A DNA stretch of 64,000 nt from an uncultured Acidobacteriota bacterium (GTDB lineage: Bacteria; Acidobacteriota; JAQAZP01): positions 736,001 to 800,000 of the forward strand of contig CAWIIB010000009.1 in assembly GCA_963836075.1 (NCBI GenBank), written 5' to 3'. Below, piece after piece: positions 45,153-55,371 of this stretch; positions within the stretch are counted from its first letter, which is position 1, and each line of letters begins with the position of its first letter. A program made the translations under genes and the position numbers. The notes below the pieces were generated by a model. It was not told where the DNA came from, did not search any database, and worked only from the letters and a program-made list of their open reading frames with translations.

Positions 45153-45725
45153 ATGAGTCTCAAGGGAACGCGGACGGAAAAGAACCTGCTCACCGCCTTT
45201 GCCGGCGAGTCGCAGGCCAGGAACCGCTACACCTACTATGCCGGTGCGGCGCGCAAGGAAGGCTACCGCCAGATCGCCGAGATCTTCGAGGAGACGGCGA
45301 ACCAGGAGCGGGAGCACGCCAAACGGATGTTCAAGTTCCTCGAGGGGGGCGACGTGGAGATCACCGCCGCCTTTCCGGCCGGGGTCATTGGCACCACCCT
45401 GGAGAACCTCAAGGCGGCGGCCGCCGGCGAGAACCACGAGTGGACCGACATGTATCCCGTGATCGCCCGGGTGGCCCGCGAGGAGGGGTTCAACGAGATC
45501 GCGGCCGTGTTCGACGCCATCTCCGTCGCCGAGAAGCAGCACGAGAAGCGGTTCAAGGATCTGGCTGCCAACATCGAGGCGGGCACCGTCTTCAAGAAGG
45601 ACGAGCCCACCACCTGGCGCTGCCTCAACTGCGGCTACCTCCACGAGGGGCCTGAAGCTCTGGCGATGTGCCCGGCCTGCGCCCACCCTACGGCTCACTT
45701 CGAGCTGCTGGGCGAGAACTGGTAG
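45153..45725 (+). CDS. rbr: Rubrerythrin
   Basis: AFAGESQARNRY, EREH, EKQH, C-terminal CLNCGY...CPAC. Confidence 0.96.
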   Translation: MSLKGTRTEKNLLTAFAGESQARNRYTYYAGAARKEGYRQIAEIFEETANQEREHAKRMFKFLEGGDVEITAAFPAGVIGTTLENLKAAAAGENHEWTDMYPVIARVAREEGFNEIAAVFDAISVAEKQHEKRFKDLAANIEAGTVFKKDEPTTWRCLNCGYLHEGPEALAMCPACAHPTAHFELLGENW

Positions 45726-45731
45726 AAGGGG

Positions 45732-45850
45732 ATCGGGGACGTACATGAATATATGAATTTTTTGGCTGTTGTTTGAAGGCTAGCTGTCGTTCAATGCCCA
45801 TACAGGTCAGCGGATTGTAAAAAATTCATATATTCATGTACGTCCCCGAT
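45732..45850. repeat. GGGGACGTACATGAATATATGAA-TIR element, copy C
   Basis: TIRs and interior similar to copy B, directly after the rbr stop. Confidence 0.85.
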
Positions 45851-45925
45851 TTCGTCTGCAGTAGACTTCGACCATCGGCTAAGTCGCCGACTTTTTATAC
45901 TTTTTGTGTACATCCCCCTTAAAGC

Positions 45926-46957
45926 ATGAACACACCACGCTGGAACCCGCCGTCCCACTGGCCGATGGTCACCACCATCGAGGCCCACACGGCGGGTGAG
46001 CCGCTGCGGGTCATCACCGGCGGCATCCCTCCTCTCCCCGGCGACACCATTCTCGAGAAACGCCGCCACTTCCAGCAGAACCTCGACCAGTTGCGCCGGG
46101 CCCTGATGTGGGAACCACGGGGCCACGCCGACATGTACGGCGCGCTGCCGGTGGAGCCGGTGACCGACGACGGCGACCTCGGCGTGCTCTTCCTGCACAA
46201 CGAGGGGTTCAGTTCCATGTGCGGTCACGGCATCATCGCCCTGGCCACCGTGGTTCTCGACACCGGCATGATCCAGCGGGACGGGGACAACCCGGTGCTG
46301 CGCATCGACTCCCCGGCCGGGCGGATCACCGCCACAGCCCACCGCCATGACGGCAAAGTCAGCTCGGTCTCCTTCACCAACGTTCCGTCCTATGTCCACT
46401 TCACGGACCGCTCCGTCCACGTCCCTGGCATCGGCACCGTCCACTACCAGCTGGCTTTTGGCGGGGCCTACTACGCCTTTGTGGATGCCGGCCCGCTGGG
46501 TCTCGGCCTCGAGCCGGATGATGCGGGCACGCTCATCGACACCGGCCGCCGCATCAAAGCGGCGGTGGCCGCGGCGGAAGAGATCCGCCACCCCTTCGAG
46601 CCCGACCTCGGCTTCCTCTACGGCGTGATCTTCACCGGCCCACCGCTCGTCCCGGCGCACCACAGCCGCAACGTCTGCATCTTTGCAAACGGCGAGCTGG
46701 ACCGCTCGCCCACCGGCACCGGGGTCAGCGCCCGGGCGGCAATCCACCACCTGGACGGCACGCTGGAGCCGGGTCGATCGATCACCATCGAGAGCATCCT
46801 CGGCACCACCTTCGACGTCCAGGTCACTGAAACCCTCGAGTTCGGCGGCTTCCCCGCGGTGATCCCCGAGGTCACCGGCAGCGCCCACATCACCGGCCAG
46901 AGCCGGTTCTGTATCGATCCCGACGACCCCCTGGGAGAGGGGTTCTTTATCAGGTAG
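45926..46957 (+). CDS. Proline racemase superfamily protein, probable trans-3-hydroxy-L-proline dehydratase
   Basis: HTAGEPLR, EPRGH, MCGH (Cys) and DRSPTGTG (Thr in place of the second Cys). Confidence 0.82.
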   Translation: MNTPRWNPPSHWPMVTTIEAHTAGEPLRVITGGIPPLPGDTILEKRRHFQQNLDQLRRALMWEPRGHADMYGALPVEPVTDDGDLGVLFLHNEGFSSMCGHGIIALATVVLDTGMIQRDGDNPVLRIDSPAGRITATAHRHDGKVSSVSFTNVPSYVHFTDRSVHVPGIGTVHYQLAFGGAYYAFVDAGPLGLGLEPDDAGTLIDTGRRIKAAVAAAEEIRHPFEPDLGFLYGVIFTGPPLVPAHHSRNVCIFANGELDRSPTGTGVSARAAIHHLDGTLEPGRSITIESILGTTFDVQVTETLEFGGFPAVIPEVTGSAHITGQSRFCIDPDDPLGEGFFIR

Positions 46958-46980
46958 TTTCCACCAAGGAGGATTCCGGC

Positions 46981-48640
46981 ATGAGAACCGCCCGACCCGC
47001 CCTGCTCTTTCTGGCCGTCCTGCTGGCCGGCGTCCTCGCCGCGGCCGACGGCTTCAGCTGCACCAACATCATCATCGGCCGCGAGGCCACGGTGGACGGC
47101 AGCGTGATCACCTCCCACACCGGCTGCGCCCCCGACTGCCGGGTGCACGTGGTCCCGGCCATGACCCACGAGAAGGGCGCCATGGCCCCGGTCTTTTTCG
47201 GACTGCTGGACGCCAAGGTGCCCTTCAAGCAGTATGGCGAGGTGATCGGCCAGATCCCCCAGGCGGAGCAGACCTACCGCTATTTCCACTCGGCCTACTC
47301 GCACATGAACGAGCACCAGCTGGCCATCGCCGAGAGCACTATGAGCCAGCGGCCCGAGCTGGAGGTGGAACGGACAGAAGAGTTCGCTCCGAAGCAGATC
47401 ATGACCATCGAGCAGGCCCAGGCCTTTGCCATGCAGCGCTGCAGGACGGCCCGGGAAGCCATCACCCTCATCGGGTCACTGATGGACCAGTACCGGCTTC
47501 CTCCCCTCATCGGGCCCCAACCCGGAGGCGCTCTGCATCGCCGACCCCCAGGAGGCCTGGGTCTTCGAGGTATTCAGTGTGGGTAAGGAGTGGGCCCCGG
47601 ACAGCAGCAAACCCGGCGCCATCTGGGCCGCACAACGGGTGCCCGACGACCATGCGGCGGCGGTGCCAAACTGGAGCATCATCAAGGAGATCGACCTCTC
47701 CCGGCCCGACTGGTTCATGGCCTCGGGAAACTATATGCAGTTCGCCGTCGACCGCGGCTGGTATGACCCGGAGGGCAACCGGCCCTTCGTCTGGCAGGAT
47801 GTCTACGCGCCCACCGTCACCGGCGAAAGCGCCATCGGCCGGCTCTGGCTCTTCTACTCCACCATCGCCCCCTCGCTGAGGGAATACCCCGACAAATCAC
47901 TGGCCAAGCCGTTCACCGGGTACGACGCCTACCACCACCCCCGGGAGCCGCTCTCCTTCTACCCCTTTTCGGCCAAACCGGAAGTGCTCCTCTCGGTGCA
48001 GGACGTGATCGCCTTCCAGCGCTCCACCTTCGAGGGAACGATCTACGACATGACCGCCGACACCGACTGGCTGGTGCCGGACGAGGAGGGCAACCTGGTG
48101 AAGAGCCCGCTCACCACCCCCTTTCCCACCTCGCACATGCGGGAGCTGCTGGACATCACCTGGCACCGCAACGTCTCCAAGGGCGGCTACGGCATGGTGG
48201 CCCAGTGCCGCTCCTGGCTGCCCGACGACATCGGCGGGGTCTACTGGCTCTACCTCGACAACCAGTACATGAGCACCTACGTGCCGATTCACGCCGGCGT
48301 GCAGTCCATCCACCCCGGTTTCCAGACCTACGACCCCGAACAGTACAGCGAGGGGTCGGCCCGCTGGCTGATCGACTTCATCGACAACATGCTCTATCTC
48401 AGATTCCAGAATGCGATCGAGGACGTCCGGGCGGTGCGCGACCCGCTGGAGGCCGAGTTCTTCAACTCCCAGCCCCAGCTGGAAGAGCAGGCCCTGGAAC
48501 TCTACCGCACATCCCCGGCCGAGGCCCGGAAGTTCCTCACCGAACTGGCCACCGAACGGATGGAGCGGGTGATGCAGATGTATCGCACCCTGCGCGGCGT
48601 GCTGATCACCAAGTACACCAACAACCACGAGTGGTTGTGA
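46981..48640 (+). CDS. Secreted C69-family dipeptidase (one +1 frameshift at ~47494)
   Basis: Signal peptide followed by nucleophile CT.IIIG..AT.DGS, MNEHQLAIAEST; removing one C restores DQYGF...EAL.IAD..EAWVFE. Confidence 0.85.
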
Positions 48641-48766
48641 GAGGCCGGTCAGAGGGATTGCGCTCGGGTGCATTGCAGCAGTCCCGGATCCACCACCGTT
48701 TCAACTGTTTCATCTGTTTCATCTGTTTCGCCTGATCGGGAATGTAACGCTAGATTACGTTATTGT

Positions 48767-48885
48767 TGTTTCAAATGAAACAGAGTACCAACTTTGTCTT
48801 CCTCGGACCACCGAGCTCTTTTCATCCAAACTATAGTATATCTATTGTTTACACTAAGAATATCGACTTTGGCATGATTGTTGCT
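48767..48885 (+). promoter_or_regulatory. Sigma54 promoter with palindromic upstream activator site
   Basis: TGGCATGATTGTTGC at 48870-48884; TGTTTCA-AA-TGAAACA (TGT-N10-ACA) at 48767-48782. Confidence 0.75.
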
Positions 48886-48974
48886 CTCTATACCCTTGCC
48901 AGCTGAGTTCCTATTTACACAATTATCGAGATATACAGCGGCTTGAAACGTCCACCTTTCGAGGAGGTATTGAA

Positions 48975-50948
48975 GTGAGGGAATTTATTGCTACCAGAGA
49001 TCGGTCTCACCGCCCCGGTTCAGTTTTCACTCTTTTTGCCATTGTCACATTTTTGACGATTTTGCTTGCACCTGTCATTTCTTTGGCACAGATCCCCGAA
49101 CATGATGCCATCACCGAGTATACAGGCCCCGAGACCTGCGTGGCCTGCCACGAGGAGGAGGCGACGGAGCTCCACGCCACCGCCCACTACCAGTGGACCG
49201 GCCCCACCCCCTTCGCCACCAACATCGAGGGCGAAGCTGGCAAGGACGTGCTGGGGTTCAATACCTACTGCGGCAGCCCGGGAACCTCGCGCCGGATCGC
49301 CTGCTCCGGCTGTCACGCCGGCAACGGCGGCGCACCGATGCCCGATCCCACCACCGCCCAGCTGAACAACATCGACTGCCTGATGTGCCACCAGAACGAC
49401 TATGCCAGGAAACCGGCCGGCCCCTTCGAGACCGTGAGCGCCACCGGCCACGACGGCGTGTTCCGCTCCTGGCAGCTGCCGGTGGAGGACGCTGACGGCA
49501 GTTTCCTCTTCGAGCCCAACGAGGCGGTGATGGGGATCACCGTTTTGGAGGCGGCGCAAACCGTCCACATGCCCACCCGCACCACCTGCCTCCGCTGCCA
49601 CGCCTACGCCGCCGGCTCGGACTGTGGCAAGCGGGGTGACCTGGGCACCGGCAGCATCGACCCCCCGATTTCGGCGGACATCCACATGTCACCCGCCGGC
49701 ATGAACATGACCTGCCAGGACTGCCACCTGGCGACGGATCACCGGGTGATGGGCCGCGGCCTTGACCTCCGTCCCAGCGAGATCGCCGAGCAGATGACCT
49801 GCCTGACCGCAGACTGTCACACGACACAGGAGCATGACAGCTGGCGGCTGAACGACCACACCGCCCGGGTGGCCTGCCAGACCTGTCACATCCCCGAATA
49901 CGCCAAGCTGGGCTCCACCGAAATGTCCCGGCACTGGGATACCCCCTACTTCGCCCCGGGGCTGTTCAGCGCCCAGGGCGGGTTCAAGCCCGAGGAGGGC
50001 CGCGCCTCCAACGTCACGCCCACCTATACCTGGTATGACGGGACCTCCCGGGTCTACGTCCTGGGTGATGTGCCGGAGCTGAACAGCGCCGGCCAGTATG
50101 CGCTGGGTATTCCCAACGGAGCCAGCACCACCCGGGAGGGAAAGATCCACCCGATGAAGGAGCACGTCTCCACCTCGGCGCAGCACGACGCCACCGGGCA
50201 GCTGATCCCCCACTCCACCTTCACCTACTTCCTCACCGGCGACTTTGACCAGGCGGTGGCCGACGGCCAGGCCGCTTCGGGGCTCACCGGCAGCTGGACC
50301 GAAGTGGAGGTGCACACCTTCCAGACGATCAACCACGGCGTGGAGCTGCACGACGACGCCCTCGACTGCGGCGCTTGCCACGACTCGATGCAGGGCGGGC
50401 CGCTGGTCATGGACCTGCAGGGCGACCTGGGCTATGAGCTGAAGGGGCCGGAGAGCACGGTCTGCACTCAGTGCCACGAGTGGGAGAATCCAGATGACTT
50501 CCAGGAGACCCACGACAAGCACGTCAGGGAAGAGGGCATCGACTGCCTCTGGTGCCACACCTTCTCCCGGCCCGGCGGCAGCACCCTGGAAGCCGATTTC
50601 AGCCTGACGCCGGACGAGGGCGTGCTGCCCTTCCAGACCCGGATGACCGCCTCTCTGGCCAACCCCTACACCGGCTCCACCCGGCGGGTGTCGGCACGGC
50701 TCAACGCGAGCCTGGCCGATGGCAAGTACTACGGCTCCTGGCGGGCGGGCACCACCAACATCGCCGCCGGAGACAGCTTCAGCATCACCTGGATCCAGAA
50801 CATCCCGGCGCTGGCCTCGCTGATCGGAACGAACACCTTCGCCCTGGTGGCCCAGGACACCACCCCGGCACCGTACAACGAGCCGCCCTACCCGCCGGCC
50901 GGCTCCACCGACAGTTCCGCCGCCATGCTGCTGGGCATGGCACCCTGA
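48975..50948 (+). CDS. Exported multiheme cytochrome c (octaheme tetrathionate-reductase-like core, extended) with PYNEPPYPP C-terminal domain
   Basis: Nine CxxCH plus one Cx4CH (CLTADCH); H..W...N..C, DCLMCH and ACQTCHIP pattern of the OTR family. Confidence 0.85.
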   Translation: MREFIATRDRSHRPGSVFTLFAIVTFLTILLAPVISLAQIPEHDAITEYTGPETCVACHEEEATELHATAHYQWTGPTPFATNIEGEAGKDVLGFNTYCGSPGTSRRIACSGCHAGNGGAPMPDPTTAQLNNIDCLMCHQNDYARKPAGPFETVSATGHDGVFRSWQLPVEDADGSFLFEPNEAVMGITVLEAAQTVHMPTRTTCLRCHAYAAGSDCGKRGDLGTGSIDPPISADIHMSPAGMNMTCQDCHLATDHRVMGRGLDLRPSEIAEQMTCLTADCHTTQEHDSWRLNDHTARVACQTCHIPEYAKLGSTEMSRHWDTPYFAPGLFSAQGGFKPEEGRASNVTPTYTWYDGTSRVYVLGDVPELNSAGQYALGIPNGASTTREGKIHPMKEHVSTSAQHDATGQLIPHSTFTYFLTGDFDQAVADGQAASGLTGSWTEVEVHTFQTINHGVELHDDALDCGACHDSMQGGPLVMDLQGDLGYELKGPESTVCTQCHEWENPDDFQETHDKHVREEGIDCLWCHTFSRPGGSTLEADFSLTPDEGVLPFQTRMTASLANPYTGSTRRVSARLNASLADGKYYGSWRAGTTNIAAGDSFSITWIQNIPALASLIGTNTFALVAQDTTPAPYNEPPYPPAGSTDSSAAMLLGMAP

Positions 50949-51049
50949 CCCATGACCTCCGGTCCGGCGTCCCACCCCCCGGGCGCCGGGCCGGGAGCGC
51001 CGCTTTCACCTTGCATAATCGAACGTTCTCTTAAGGAACAAGTCCCATT

Positions 51050-51223
51050 TGTCATCGCGAGGAGCAGGCGCAGCCTGCGACGTGGCGATCTCGCTGTCAG
51101 CGATATTGTCGCTTTTGAGACTGCCGCGTCGCCCGCTTCGCGGGCTCCTCGCAGTGACAATGTTGGCACCGTTCCTTTCACTGACTTCCCGCGTCCCCCG
51201 CGGGTCAGTGGCTCGCGATGACA
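51050..51223. repeat. TGTCATCGCGAG...CTCGCGATGACA element, copy 2
   Basis: Perfect 12-bp terminal inverted repeat, internal hairpins; shares CTGACTTCCCGCG..CCCGCGGGTC block with 22823-23014. Confidence 0.75.
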
Positions 51224-51237
51224 AGAGGCGGTCCGTC

Positions 51238-52386
51238 TCAACGGGCACCCGAATCGTATTGACCGCACCATAGCTCGGAGAGAAACTCACGCCACGGCAT
51301 GATTGTCAGGCCGTCCACCACTCGCTTCCGCGGATCGAGACTGACGAGCATGTAGCCCTGGAAGGATGAATCTTCCCGGAGGGCCTTCAGCCCCTTGAGG
51401 TCTCTCGGGGAGGCATTGGATGAAGACTTCACCTCGATGGCGATACGGTCATCGAGAATGAAGTCCACCTCATACCCTGATTTCGACCGCCAGTAGGTCA
51501 GCGGCGCCGCCCGATGATAATCGGTCCAGGCTCGGAGCTCGTGGAAGATGAACGTCTCGAAGGACTCACCGAACTCCGGTGATCCCTCACGAACCGGCCC
51601 ACGGTTCTGAAGGAATCGCACCACTCCGGGATCAAACAGATAGAACTTTGACGTGCTCAGGGGCTTGCGCTTGACCGATCCCTTCCAGACCGGCAGATCA
51701 TAGCCGATGAGCGTGTCGCGAAGGATCCCGAAATACTCCTGCACCGTGCTGCGGGCCACCTGGGCATCGTTCGATATCTTGCTGTAGTTGATCAGCCGGC
51801 CGTTGCACAGGGCTGCAACCTGGAGGAACCGGCTGAATGCCGGGACATTCCTGGTCAACCCCTCCGCCGCGATCTCCTCTTTGAGGTAGTCTCCGGCATA
51901 TGCGCGAAGATCATCTTCGGGATCATCGGAGAAGTAGATCGACGGCAGGAGGCCGTTGTTCAGTGCACGGAGCAGTTCGAACTGTTCACCCAGTTCGGAG
52001 GACACCAGGGGATGAAGATATCTCGACCTCGCCCGTCCTCCGAGCAGGTTCACTCCTCCGCGACGCAGCTTCCGGGCACTGGAACCGGTGAGCAGAAAAC
52101 GGACCCCCAACGACTCGATCATCAGGTGGACTTCGTCGAGCAGGGAGGGAAGCTTCTGGATCTCGTCGATGATGATCAGCTTGTTGTCCGGTTGAAACTC
52201 CTCCCGGAGACGGCCCGGCGAACGGCTCAGCGTGAGATACACGTCGCTGTCCAGAAGGTTGTAAGTGCGGCAGTCGGGGAAGAGATGACTGGTCAGCCAT
52301 GTCTTTCCTGTCTGCCTCGGCCCGAACAGAAAGCATGATTTCTGTTCCAGCGTATTGCGGAGATCGAGCGTTCTTTCAATATACAT
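51238..52386 (-). CDS. AAA_14 ATPase with DUF4143/PD-(D/E)XK-like C-terminus
   Basis: GPRQTGKT, IIIDEIQ, LTGSS, EVDFI...IEVK. Confidence 0.9.
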   Translation of the reverse strand: MYIERTLDLRNTLEQKSCFLFGPRQTGKTWLTSHLFPDCRTYNLLDSDVYLTLSRSPGRLREEFQPDNKLIIIDEIQKLPSLLDEVHLMIESLGVRFLLTGSSARKLRRGGVNLLGGRARSRYLHPLVSSELGEQFELLRALNNGLLPSIYFSDDPEDDLRAYAGDYLKEEIAAEGLTRNVPAFSRFLQVAALCNGRLINYSKISNDAQVARSTVQEYFGILRDTLIGYDLPVWKGSVKRKPLSTSKFYLFDPGVVRFLQNRGPVREGSPEFGESFETFIFHELRAWTDYHRAAPLTYWRSKSGYEVDFILDDRIAIEVKSSSNASPRDLKGLKALREDSSFQGYMLVSLDPRKRVVDGLTIMPWREFLSELWCGQYDSGAR

Positions 52387-52400
52387 GACAATCACCTCAT

Positions 52401-52432
52401 GTGTCGGCAATTATCATGACAATTGCCGACAC
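52401..52432. promoter_or_regulatory. 32-bp palindrome just upstream of the AAA ATPase gene
   Basis: GTGTCGGCAATT-ATCATGAC-AATTGCCGACAC. Confidence 0.6.
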
Positions 52433-52577
52433 GCTTGTCAAGAATAATATCGGCATCCTGGGGATCAGGCTCAACACCGCTTGCAGCCACCCTGTGGGCG
52501 GCGAACGAGGTGGCCGGCCCGACATCCACCGCTGGACACCGGGCCGGAGGCACCCCGGGGAGGCCTTCACACGGCTG

Positions 52578-53006
52578 ATGAACGTGGGCGGGTTTGATGT
52601 TATCGGCGACGAGGAGGCTCGATTCGAGAACTTGGTGGCCTCATCCCTGCTTAAAAGGTTTGATTTCCTGGAGGATCGGACAGAGAACCGCTTTGAGCTG
52701 AGATTTGTGCGCGACAAGGAGGGCCGCGAGGTCGATTTCGCCATCGTCCGCGAAGGCCGGCTGGTGGAGCTGATCGAAGCGAAGTACAGCGATGACGGCC
52801 TGGCCCGGCCGCTCCGCTATTTCGCGAAGCGGCTGAACCCCATACGGGCGACCCAGATCGTCGCTCGGCTCAAGCATCCCCTCTACCAGGGCAAATTCCG
52901 GATGATCAACCCGCTCTCCTACTTCGGTTCCTTCTTCCCCCCCCAAGTCCCGTTGATTGCTTCAGATTTTCAGCCTGGAACGGCAAGTCAAGAAGGCTGG
53001 GAATAG
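52578..53006 (+). pseudogene. C-terminal remnant of a second DUF4143-type ATPase
   Basis: ARFENLVA..LLK...LRFVRDKEGREVDF...LIEAKY without an ATPase domain; 5' boundary approximate. Confidence 0.65.
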
Positions 53007-53056
53007 ACGACTGGCTACGGCAGAATCACGCCGCCGGGCAGGATGTCTGCAGCTAC

Positions 53057-54730
53057 TTACGGAACGACCAGATAGCGGTTCACCGTTTTGACCTTAAACC
53101 GCTTGCCACGCTGGTGGTCGTAGCAGCCGATACATTCACTCACGACGACATTGCCCGTGTCGTAAGTGAAGAACTGGTAGCGCCGACAGGATGACCAGAT
53201 CAGGAAATGGAAACGGATGAAATTGTCGATGTCCGGCGTGTGCGGTTCGCCACCGAACAGTTCGGGATTGCCAAAGACCTCATAGCCCAGTTCTTCCGGT
53301 GCTTCGATCCGCCGCTGCCAGATCACCGATTCATCGCGCACATTCACCGTGCCGACACACGGCCTGATGCCAACAGATAAAACCAGGTAGAAGGTGCCCG
53401 GCTTGGGGCTGCGGAGCAGCCGGCGGCTGTCGGGCCAGCCCGCGGGATAGTACGTGTTGGGAATCGACCCGTCCACAAGAACATCTTTGACCCGCCTGAC
53501 GATCTCGCCTGAATCCCGGTCCAGGATGACCAGGTCCCGACTGCTGAGAAAGGCCACACCCTTTCCGTCATGGGTATAGACCGGGCTGTCCACCAATTCC
53601 CCCAGCTCGGACTGGTATATCACCTGTTGCGATCCGGCCTTGAGGTCAGTTTCGACGAGCAGGTATTTCCAATTTTGTTTTTGTCCCGAAGGATCGATTG
53701 CCGGAGAGCCCGAATCTGACTCGGAATCCTCCGGGGCTTTTTGACAGCGAATACAGATCATCCGCTGTTGGTCCGGACTGATGTCGGGTTTGTAGTACAA
53801 CGCCATGGCCTGCTCCCGTTCGTTTTTTGGTCCCAGCCGGAGAACCTTTTTCCCTTTCCCGGTGTACACCGACACACTCCAAAACTCGGTCGAAACAGCG
53901 ACACGCAGTGATTTCAGAGGCGGTTCGGTGCAGTCGTCCGGACGCCAGTTGAGAACATCCATCTGGTTTTCGGGCTCGCCGCGACTGAGCCGCATCAGCG
54001 CCAGGTAGTCGGCGGCCGGTTCTTGTCCTCCCTCGGCTGCACGGGCCAGCCACCTGGTGGCCGCTGTTCGATCAGGCGTGCCGAACCGCCTGTCGAGCAG
54101 GGTAAGTGCGTATTTCTGCTGGTGCTCAGGGTCGCCGACCACGGCGGCCTTTTTATACCACTGTTGAATCAGGATGTAGTCGGGCTCACCAAAAAAACCT
54201 TCATGATCGTACTCACGGAGAAAACCGAGGCGATACATGGCCTCACCGCTGCCTTTGCCCGCGGCCTTTTCGAGCCATTCCACTGCCTTGTTCATATCTT
54301 TCTCAGCGGGATTGCAGGCCCAGTAGTCATCCCCCAGGGTTTCCATGGCCGGCAGATACTCCTGCTCCGCCGCCCTGGTCAACCAGTAGCGGTGTTTTTC
54401 CCGGTCATGGGGCAACCGATGACTGTAGTAGAGAAGCGCAAGATGGTATTGAGCCTCGGCCACGCCGGCCTCGGCCAGGGGCTGGAGAAGATCGCGGGCT
54501 CGTTCGTTTTCCTTGAGCTCGAAGGCATTGAGGCCTGCGGCGAGATCATCCTGGGACTGGGTGATGGTGGCGAACTGACAGAAAATCAGGGCGAGGCAGA
54601 AGAAGAGAACCCGTGCAGGCCTGAATGAAATCAATTGTGCCTCCGGAAAGATCCGGATTGAACGTGCATATTGCTGATAATGAATAATTGAAACCATACT
54701 GTTTCCCGCACGGCAGTTCAAGTTGGTCAC
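53057..54730 (-). CDS. Exported Sel1-like repeat protein with C-terminal beta-rich domain
   Basis: AEAG.AEAQY.LA, WL.KAA..G repeats; start uncertain. Confidence 0.8.
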   Translation of the reverse strand: MTNLNCRAGNSMVSIIHYQQYARSIRIFPEAQLISFRPARVLFFCLALIFCQFATITQSQDDLAAGLNAFELKENERARDLLQPLAEAGVAEAQYHLALLYYSHRLPHDREKHRYWLTRAAEQEYLPAMETLGDDYWACNPAEKDMNKAVEWLEKAAGKGSGEAMYRLGFLREYDHEGFFGEPDYILIQQWYKKAAVVGDPEHQQKYALTLLDRRFGTPDRTAATRWLARAAEGGQEPAADYLALMRLSRGEPENQMDVLNWRPDDCTEPPLKSLRVAVSTEFWSVSVYTGKGKKVLRLGPKNEREQAMALYYKPDISPDQQRMICIRCQKAPEDSESDSGSPAIDPSGQKQNWKYLLVETDLKAGSQQVIYQSELGELVDSPVYTHDGKGVAFLSSRDLVILDRDSGEIVRRVKDVLVDGSIPNTYYPAGWPDSRRLLRSPKPGTFYLVLSVGIRPCVGTVNVRDESVIWQRRIEAPEELGYEVFGNPELFGGEPHTPDIDNFIRFHFLIWSSCRRYQFFTYDTGNVVVSECIGCYDHQRGKRFKVKTVNRYLVVP

Positions 54731-54864
54731 GCCAGCGGGGGGATTCCCCCTTCACCTCCATTTTCCCTGCACAAAAATTCGGTGTATTCTCGTCGCATGA
54801 GTGAAGCGCGGACGGTTCGGACGCAGGTTCACTCGTTCCAGCCTCCAATCACGAGCGGCGAAGA

Positions 54865-55371
54865 ATGACATTGATCAAGCGCACGGCCCGGCTCCGCACC
54901 TTTTACCTCCGGCACCGGCAGGAGCTGTTCAGCTATGCGCTCTCCATCACCAGAAACAGGGCCACAGCAGAAGAGGCGGTACACACCGCCTTTGCCCGGC
55001 TGCTGGAAAAACCCCGGGCACCGCTGCTGCTCAAGGCCTACGTCTTCCGCTCGGTGCGCAACGCGGCCATCGACCAGTGGCGGGAGGAGCGGGCGGGACA
55101 TGAGGCCTACCTCGAGCTGGCTGGTGATCCCGGCAGCGCCGGGGGGCCGGCCGACCGTGTCGGCGAGGACGAAGCGCTCTACCTGGCCCTGGACCAGCTG
55201 TCCGAAGACGAACGGGAGTGCATCGTGCTGAAGATCCACCAGGGGATGACCTTTCGCGAGATCGCCGCCGTTCGCGGGGTCTCGATCAACACCGCGGCCT
55301 CCTGGTATCGCCGGGGGCTGGAGAGGATGCGGGCGGCCCTGGAAAAAGACGGGACCAGGGGGACGGGATGA
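54865..55371 (+). CDS. ECF sigma factor
   Basis: AEEAVH.AF, AYVFRSVRN.AID, GMTFREIA..GVSINTAAS.YRRG. Confidence 0.92.
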   Translation: MTLIKRTARLRTFYLRHRQELFSYALSITRNRATAEEAVHTAFARLLEKPRAPLLLKAYVFRSVRNAAIDQWREERAGHEAYLELAGDPGSAGGPADRVGEDEALYLALDQLSEDERECIVLKIHQGMTFREIAAVRGVSINTAASWYRRGLERMRAALEKDGTRGTG

